The notes beneath the pieces were generated by a model, which was given only the letters and a program-made list of their open reading frames with translations, made no database searches and was not told the origin of the DNA. This document shows, one piece after another, positions 1 through 13,177 of a stretch of DNA of 13,177 nucleotides; the first letter of the stretch is position 1, and each line of letters opens with the position of its first letter. Origin of the DNA: Chthonomonadales bacterium (GTDB lineage: Bacteria; Armatimonadota; Chthonomonadetes; Chthonomonadales; Chthonomonadaceae); NCBI GenBank assembly GCA_038217285.1, contig JBBQPO010000172.1:1-13177 (forward strand), read 5' to 3'. Position numbers and translations under genes: made by a program.

Positions 1-1
1 G

Positions 2-115
2 CGACTTCGGTCTTTCGGGTCGGTTCTAAATGTGGAAACACCGAACCTCTTTCTTAACGAGGACCAAGGGCATGGCGAGCGTTATCTCGTCGAAGTTCAT
101 CGCGCCAATCTTTAA
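2..115 (+). CDS. Probable 3' end of a gene convergent with rpoC (unknown product, truncated by window edge)
   Basis: Frame 2 is open from the window edge to TAA at 113-115 (RLRSFGSVLNVETPNLFLNEDQGHGERYLVEVHRANL*). It stops 5 bp before the terminator hairpin. Too short to assign a family. Confidence 0.4.
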   Translation, partial: RLRSFGSVLNVETPNLFLNEDQGHGERYLVEVHRANL

Positions 116-120
116 CTGTG

Positions 121-157
121 AAAAAGCCCCCTCTTCCACGCTGGAAGAGGGGGCTTT
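121..157 (-). terminator. Intrinsic (Rho-independent) terminator of rpoBC, possibly bidirectional
   Basis: Perfect 16-bp inverted repeat AAAGCCCCCTCTTCCA (123-138) / TGGAAGAGGGGGCTTT (142-157) with a 3-nt loop. The minus-strand T5 tract is at 121-125, and the hairpin starts 16 bp after the rpoC stop. The plus strand has a shorter TTT tract. Confidence 0.9.
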
Positions 158-173
158 CGTCGGAAGAGAATGA

Positions 174-4865
<4,692 letters not shown>

Positions 4866-4881
4866 TGTCTCTCTTCCCTTC

Positions 4882-4912
4882 GATAAGCGCCGCCTGACGC
4901 TTATCCTCCTTA
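4882..4912 (-). promoter_or_regulatory. Hairpin preceded by an orphan perfect Shine-Dalgarno sequence in the rpoC leader
   Basis: On the minus strand TAAGGAGG (4912-4905) runs into the stem-loop GATAAGCGTC-AGGC-GGCGCTTATC (4905-4882; 10 bp including one G-U pair). Confidence 0.55.
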
Positions 4913-4955
4913 CAATCAACCTGTCGGCATCACGGATTCACCGATTGGAAACATA

Positions 4956-5031
4956 GTGAGACCCAACAAGGTGATTCCTTGTTGGGGCACCCCCGTCCCG
5001 TGTCGGGAAGGGGGACGGGGGGTTAGGTCAC
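4956..5031. repeat. Tandem palindromes / REP-like element in the rpoB-rpoC spacer
   Basis: Perfect 10-bp inverted repeat CCCAACAAGG (4962-4971) / CCTTGTTGGG (4977-4986). It is followed by the GC-rich inverted repeat CCCCCGTCCC (4990-4999) / GGGACGGGGG (5012-5021). Confidence 0.6.
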
Positions 5032-5066
5032 CCGCTCACGCGATGCATAAGGTTCCAGCTTGCGCG

Positions 5067-9182
<4,116 letters not shown>

Positions 9183-9190
9183 CGGAGTAC

Positions 9191-9196
9191 CCTCCT
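9191..9196 (-). promoter_or_regulatory. Shine-Dalgarno sequence of rpoB
   Basis: AGGAGG (reverse complement of cctcct at 9191-9196), with an 8-nt spacer to the TTG start at 9182. Confidence 0.85.
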
Positions 9197-9216
9197 AATC
9201 TAAAGCACGAAACGCT

Positions 9217-9246
9217 AGAGTACCACATTTGACTACGCTCTGTCAA
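9217..9246 (-). promoter_or_regulatory. Sigma70/SigA-type promoter for rpoBC
   Basis: Perfect -35 TTGACA (9246-9241), an 18-bp spacer ending in TGG (extended -10 TGn), and -10 TACTCT (9222-9217), all within the 90-bp gap upstream of rpoB. Confidence 0.8.
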
Positions 9247-9272
9247 GGGCGTTTGTTACCGACGATGGAGGG

Positions 9273-10439
9273 CTATTTCTTGAGGGCGGCTTCGATGGCC
9301 GGAGCCAGCGCTTCCCCGCGTGCGCCGACTGCCGCGATCTTGCCGTCCTTGCCGATCAGCAGCGTGAAGGGGATGGCCTGGATGCCGAAGGCGACGGCAT
9401 TGTCGGCCTGCCAGTATTTGCCATCGTAGATCTGTCGCCACGACATTTTTTTGTCCTGCGTAAACTTCACGACCTTTTCTCGGGAGTTCTGCTGGTCGAG
9501 AGAGATTCCGACGATCTCGAAGCCCTCGGCATGATACTTGTCATAGGCTGCAATCACGTTCGGAAGCTCCGCAACGCAGGGGCCGCACCACGTGGCCCAG
9601 AAGTCGAGCAGCAGGACTTTGCCCTGGTACTCCGCGAGCGAAACCGCTTTGCCATCGAGGTCTTTGCCCGAGATCGCCAGGGGAATCGCACCCACCTTTA
9701 ATCGAGGATCGTACATCGGTCGTTCCTTCGGTGGATCCACGGCCTTTGCGCCCGCTGCAGGGACATACTTAAAGGCGGCACTCGACACCGAAGGGGCCAG
9801 ATCGACCTTCGAGTAGGTTTCGACGAGCACGGGTTTCTCCTCGGTCACCGTCCCGAGGGACAGTTTGCGCAGGAGATGGTCCTTTTTGCCGAAAGAGTAC
9901 AGGAAGCGGGATGATTTTCCGTCGCCGCCGGGGATGACCGCCTCGACCACATCGCACGACTCCTCGCCCACTTTCTCCTCCGCCAGCCTCTTCAAAGAGG
10001 AGGGTTTACCGGGGATGATCTGCTTTTCGGCGGTGGGGCTAGTGAGCAGGATCGGAAGCAGGCCGACGCCGGTTCCGCCGCTGCGGGCGAGCGCGTTGAT
10101 CATGTCGTTGAACTTGGTGAACGGCTGCTTGAGGTAACTGGTCTTGTCGCTTGAGTTGTCGTTGTAGATCGAGACGCCGTCGGACACGACATGGCTCACT
10201 ATCTTCCCCCGCTCGATCGTGGCTGTCAGCTTGTTGGGCTTCTTGAGCAGCATTGTCGTTTTGGTGGTAGAAGCGCCCTGCGTCACATCCAGGGTGAAGG
10301 CGAGCGCGTTGACATTCCGGTAGGCCGCCGCGACCTGGTCCAGCAAGGGCTGAACCTCGGCGTCGGGCGTCTGGGCATACAGGACAGGCGCCACGAGCGT
10401 AAGGCCGAGCGCAACAAACAGGGTAAGGGTTGCTTTCAT
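9273..10439 (-). CDS. Exported redoxin: N-terminal LolA/DUF2092-like domain fused to a C-terminal TlpA/ResA-like thiol-disulfide oxidoreductase (388 aa)
   Basis: Signal peptide MKATLTLFVALGLTLVAPVLYA|Q. LolA-fold-like pattern (LLDQVAAAYRNVNALAF...KKPNKL...VVSDGVSIY...EEKVGEESCDVV...AAFKYVPAAGAK). C-terminal GKDLDGKAVSLAEYQGKVLLLDFWATWCGPCVAELP...EIVGISLD...IQAIPFTLLIGKDGKI, a TlpA-like thioredoxin fold with CxxC and the cis-Pro loop. Confidence 0.88.
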   Translation of the reverse strand: MKATLTLFVALGLTLVAPVLYAQTPDAEVQPLLDQVAAAYRNVNALAFTLDVTQGASTTKTTMLLKKPNKLTATIERGKIVSHVVSDGVSIYNDNSSDKTSYLKQPFTKFNDMINALARSGGTGVGLLPILLTSPTAEKQIIPGKPSSLKRLAEEKVGEESCDVVEAVIPGGDGKSSRFLYSFGKKDHLLRKLSLGTVTEEKPVLVETYSKVDLAPSVSSAAFKYVPAAGAKAVDPPKERPMYDPRLKVGAIPLAISGKDLDGKAVSLAEYQGKVLLLDFWATWCGPCVAELPNVIAAYDKYHAEGFEIVGISLDQQNSREKVVKFTQDKKMSWRQIYDGKYWQADNAVAFGIQAIPFTLLIGKDGKIAAVGARGEALAPAIEAALKK

Positions 10440-10449
10440 GATAGCAATG

Positions 10450-10492
10450 ATTATACATCACAATCCGACATTTTTCCCAGTTTTTGATTGTG
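10450..10492 (-). promoter_or_regulatory. Putative internal promoter for the redoxin gene
   Basis: Perfect TATAAT (10455-10450) ends 10 nt before the ATG. The 53-bp spacer is AT-rich and contains the 7-bp inverted repeat CACAATC/GATTGTG. No good -35 or SD is visible. Confidence 0.6.
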
Positions 10493-11989
10493 TTATTCGA
10501 CCAGCGTAATGCGCACGTCTGTTCCGCCCTCGGGGTAATCCTCATACGCGTTCTGCACGGAGAAGACCAGATCCTTCAAGATCGTACCTTTCGGAACGCT
10601 AAACACTATGACGAATTCCGTCTGCGCGCCTGGCAATATGTTCGGTCCCTCGACGGATGTTTGCAAAGGACGCGGCGACGGTTCGTGGGTGGGGTGAAAG
10701 CCTGCGAGTTTCCAGGCGTGTTGGAGGCCGGGGTGGGAGGCCATCAGCTTCCAGGGGAGGCCGGTGCGTGCGTCTTCGATCGCCAGAAGCGCCATCCCCA
10801 GGTCGATGCCGATCACGTCCTTATCGTACCACTCTTTGTCGAGGTTGAAGGCGTCGCCGAATCCGTAGCGGCCCCAGCACTTCGTTTTGACGCGCGCATA
10901 CATCGTCTGTCCGGCGGCTACAGCAGCCTTGGGGGTGAACAGGAGGGCGGCAATCGCCCCGGTCGGGGAGATCGTTCCGTCCTCGTCGTTGCCGGGCGCG
11001 CTGAAGGCGCGATAGCCGTCGGGTGCGTCGTTGGCGTTGAGGCCCCAGAGGTTGGGGCCATAGCTCTTGCGGCCCGCGCTTCTGTCGATGCAGAACTGCC
11101 GATTGATCTTCACCGCATTGGTCGAGCTGACCCAGTAGTCCCATCCGGCGCTGTCGCGCTGATCTTTGAACTTGAAGTAGAGGTGCGACATCTCGTGCAG
11201 GAAGATCGGCCCTCCCGCCAGTGTTGTCAGGCCACCGTATTCGACCTTATTTCGCTCCCAGGCGTTCCAGTCTTCGGCAGGCAGGGGATCGCGGCGCGAG
11301 CTCATGCCCAGCAGGTAGAGCTGCATCAGTTCGTCGTAGCGGTCCCAGTTGCTCGCGATAAAGCCGTCTTCCGGGTGCCAGCCCATCGAGACGACCTTCT
11401 TCTGCGCCTTAAGGCCCCCGTTGGTCCGCATCCAGGTCCAGTCCAGCCGCTCGTTCAGGTCGTCGGCGAGCCGATGCACCTCTGTCTTCGGCCAGAACTG
11501 CCCCGCCATCAGGGCGCCCTCGATCAGCAGGGTCGTATCGATGGAGGAGATCTCACACTTCCAGACGCGCTCCCCCGTGCGCCAGTCGATAAAATGGTAG
11601 TACCAGCCGTGGACCTGCGGCATCCTGTCATGCACGAAGCGCAGGGTGAGGAGTGCGCGGCCGTAGGCCGCCTTGCGGTCGATCCAGTGGTGCGTGACGG
11701 CGACCGGTAGGCTCGCCAGGGCATAGCCCGTGCTCGCGGTGCTGGCGACGGTATATTTGTCGGAGCCTGCATTGTCGGCGCGGTCCTTGGTGAGGCCCGT
11801 GCGCGGGTCGCTCTCCTCCCAGAAGAAGCGGAAGGCACGGTGCTGGACTTCCGTCAGCAGTTGCGCGTCCGTTAACGCGGGAGGCTGGTCGGCGGCCTGC
11901 GCGGGCCGCTCGCACGAAAAGAGGGACGTGGTGAGAAGCGCCACAAGAAGGACAAGGTTACGAAGTTTACCCAAAGCTGTGTCTCCCAT
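10493..11989 (-). CDS. Secreted glucoamylase-family (PF10091/DUF3131) glycoside hydrolase, GH144-like putative endo-beta-1,2-glucanase, with an extra C-terminal segment (498 aa)
   Basis: Signal peptide. Family-like motifs: QHRAFRFFWE..DPRTGLTKDR, STASTGYAL, HGWYYHFIDWRTGER, EISSIDTTLL, YDELMQLYLLG, GGPIFLHEMSH, LWGLNANDAPDGY, DGTISPTGA, WGRYGFGDAFN, IGIDLG. Substrate is inferred from family resemblance only. Confidence 0.82.
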   Translation of the reverse strand: MGDTALGKLRNLVLLVALLTTSLFSCERPAQAADQPPALTDAQLLTEVQHRAFRFFWEESDPRTGLTKDRADNAGSDKYTVASTASTGYALASLPVAVTHHWIDRKAAYGRALLTLRFVHDRMPQVHGWYYHFIDWRTGERVWKCEISSIDTTLLIEGALMAGQFWPKTEVHRLADDLNERLDWTWMRTNGGLKAQKKVVSMGWHPEDGFIASNWDRYDELMQLYLLGMSSRRDPLPAEDWNAWERNKVEYGGLTTLAGGPIFLHEMSHLYFKFKDQRDSAGWDYWVSSTNAVKINRQFCIDRSAGRKSYGPNLWGLNANDAPDGYRAFSAPGNDEDGTISPTGAIAALLFTPKAAVAAGQTMYARVKTKCWGRYGFGDAFNLDKEWYDKDVIGIDLGMALLAIEDARTGLPWKLMASHPGLQHAWKLAGFHPTHEPSPRPLQTSVEGPNILPGAQTEFVIVFSVPKGTILKDLVFSVQNAYEDYPEGGTDVRITLVE

Positions 11990-11992
11990 GAA

Positions 11993-13177
11993 TCATTTTT
12001 TGCCGTCTAGCGCGGTCATAGTGCGGTCGTGTGGAGAGAGCCGGTAGGCTCGATCCGCCGCCACCGCAGTCAGGTGGCTAAGCTGCCCATCCGGCCAGCG
12101 CACCTCGATAGCGTCCACGACGCGGCTCGTTCCCAGGCCGAAGTGAACCTCTGGCGCATTTGTTGAAAGATAGCTGCCGCCGGCCCGAACCTCCGCGATC
12201 TGTTTGCGCCCTCCGGCAGAGATCGAAACCTGCGCTCCTACCGCGGCCGGTCCGCCGACGCGGCGCAGGCAGCGCAAGGTGATCCAGTGCGCGGCGGGCG
12301 GGCTGTCGTTGTGCAGCAACAGGGGCAGGCCCTCGTCGTCGACGATCAGCAGATCCTCGCGTCCATCGCCGTCAAAATCTCCGATGGCGACCCCCCGACC
12401 CACGATTTTGCGGCGGATGTCCGCCCCCACGACGGCGCTGATCTCTTCGTAGTGGCCGCCGACATTGTGCAGGATCTGAGTCGCCTGCGCGTAGGTCTGC
12501 CCGCGATCCGTCAATTCAACCTGTGAGAGGACATGCCCGTTCGTGGTGACGATGTCGAGCCAGCCGTCGTTGTCCGCATCGATAAACGCCGCCCCAAAGG
12601 CCAGGGAGCGCACGGTCGCGGCGCCGACGCCGCTCGGATAACTGGCTTCCGAAAAGACGGCACCATCGTTATGGTACAGACTCTTGGGCTGCGCCGCAAA
12701 GTCCGCGACAAGGAGGTCGAATCGACCATCGCCATCGTAGTCGCCCCAGTCCACGCCCATCCCGGCAGGCACCCCTCCGTTGGCGTTATAAGCGACCCCG
12801 ATCTCGACCCCGACACTCCTGAATCTCCCATGTCCCACATTGACGAACATATCTCCCGGCAACTCATCATTGGCGACATAGAGATCCGGCTTGCCATCGT
12901 TATTGAAATCGCAGAACATGCAGGCAAGTGCATTCCCATGCGTGCTGCCGAGGCCCGAAGCCACGGTGACGTCCTGGAAGTGACCTTTCCCGAGAGGCCG
13001 ATAGAGCGATCCCCGCTCCACTTTATAGTTCAGCGGGCCGCACGCCATCTGCATGTCGCTTCCATCCAGACCGGAGTAGTGACAGAGTCGGAGATCGTGG
13101 GGGCCGAACTTTACATAGCGGCAGACATAGAGGTCGAGCCTGCCGGTTCCTTCCACATCGGCCCAGGCCGCGCTCGT
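11993..13177 (-). CDS. CRTAC1-family protein (FG-GAP/VCBS beta-propeller repeats plus C-terminal ASPIC/UnbV domain), 5' part outside the window
   Basis: The frame is open to the window edge (TSAAWADVEGTGRLDLYV...). Repeated Ca-binding DxD/NxDG motifs: DFNNDGKPDLYVAND, GMGVDWGDYDGDGRFDLLV, DADNDGWLDIV, GRGVAIGDFDGDGREDLLI. C-terminal ASPIC/UnbV signature AVGAQV...GGSYLSTNAPEVHFGLG...IEVRWPDG. The stop is 3 bp before the next gene's ATG, suggesting an operon. Confidence 0.92.
   Translation of the reverse strand, partial: TSAAWADVEGTGRLDLYVCRYVKFGPHDLRLCHYSGLDGSDMQMACGPLNYKVERGSLYRPLGKGHFQDVTVASGLGSTHGNALACMFCDFNNDGKPDLYVANDELPGDMFVNVGHGRFRSVGVEIGVAYNANGGVPAGMGVDWGDYDGDGRFDLLVADFAAQPKSLYHNDGAVFSEASYPSGVGAATVRSLAFGAAFIDADNDGWLDIVTTNGHVLSQVELTDRGQTYAQATQILHNVGGHYEEISAVVGADIRRKIVGRGVAIGDFDGDGREDLLIVDDEGLPLLLHNDSPPAAHWITLRCLRRVGGPAAVGAQVSISAGGRKQIAEVRAGGSYLSTNAPEVHFGLGTSRVVDAIEVRWPDGQLSHLTAVAADRAYRLSPHDRTMTALDGKK

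Noticed and set aside
3-90. Possible structured ncRNA (cUUCGg and gGAAAc tetraloop-like mini-hairpins)
   Set aside because: Stems are only 3-6 bp and match no RNA family I recognise. An open protein-like frame ending at 115 explains the region at least as well.
4866-4919. 18-aa N-terminal extension of RpoC ([18 protein letters not shown]) from the ORF-track start
   Set aside because: No SD precedes the TTG at 4919. The segment spans a hairpin and an SD-like sequence, and homology to RpoC begins at MADASTF.
10484-11710. Plus-strand 408-aa ORF and the other short overlapping ORFs in 9229-12939
   Set aside because: Antisense or alternative-frame overlaps of well-supported genes, with low-complexity R/S/P/G-rich translations.
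11900-11989. Lipoprotein call for the glycoside hydrolase (SLFSC)
   Set aside because: The lipobox is non-canonical and a good signal peptidase I site (AQA|AD) follows, so the anchoring type cannot be decided by eye.

Overview
GC-rich bacterial genomic window with five genes on the minus strand. In transcription order these are: a 5'-truncated CRTAC1-like FG-GAP/ASPIC-UnbV protein; a secreted Glycoamylase (PF10091)/GH144-like putative beta-1,2-glucanase; a secreted LolA-like plus TlpA-thioredoxin fusion; and rpoB and rpoC, the RNA polymerase beta and beta' subunits. rpoBC is not flanked by ribosomal-protein genes here. It has its own near-consensus sigma70 promoter (TTGACA-18 bp-TACTCT, with a TG extension) and ends at a 16-bp hairpin terminator that probably faces a convergent gene. 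The polymerase is the most unusual element. It has (i) a roughly 50-aa, probably helical trigger-loop insertion with the GGLPR hinge changed to GGLLR, (ii) Ser at the rifampicin-contact His (E. coli beta H526), (iii) substitutions in the bridge-helix-cap/salinamide pocket, and (iv) several lineage-specific insertions. The 201-bp rpoB-rpoC spacer is highly structured and holds an orphan perfect Shine-Dalgarno sequence. The glucanase-like gene appears to carry a fused foreign C-terminal fragment. The insertion pattern and gene content suggest a Terrabacteria lineage such as Armatimonadota; this is inference only, and no database search was run. E. coli residue numbering was assigned by eye from remembered conserved motifs.
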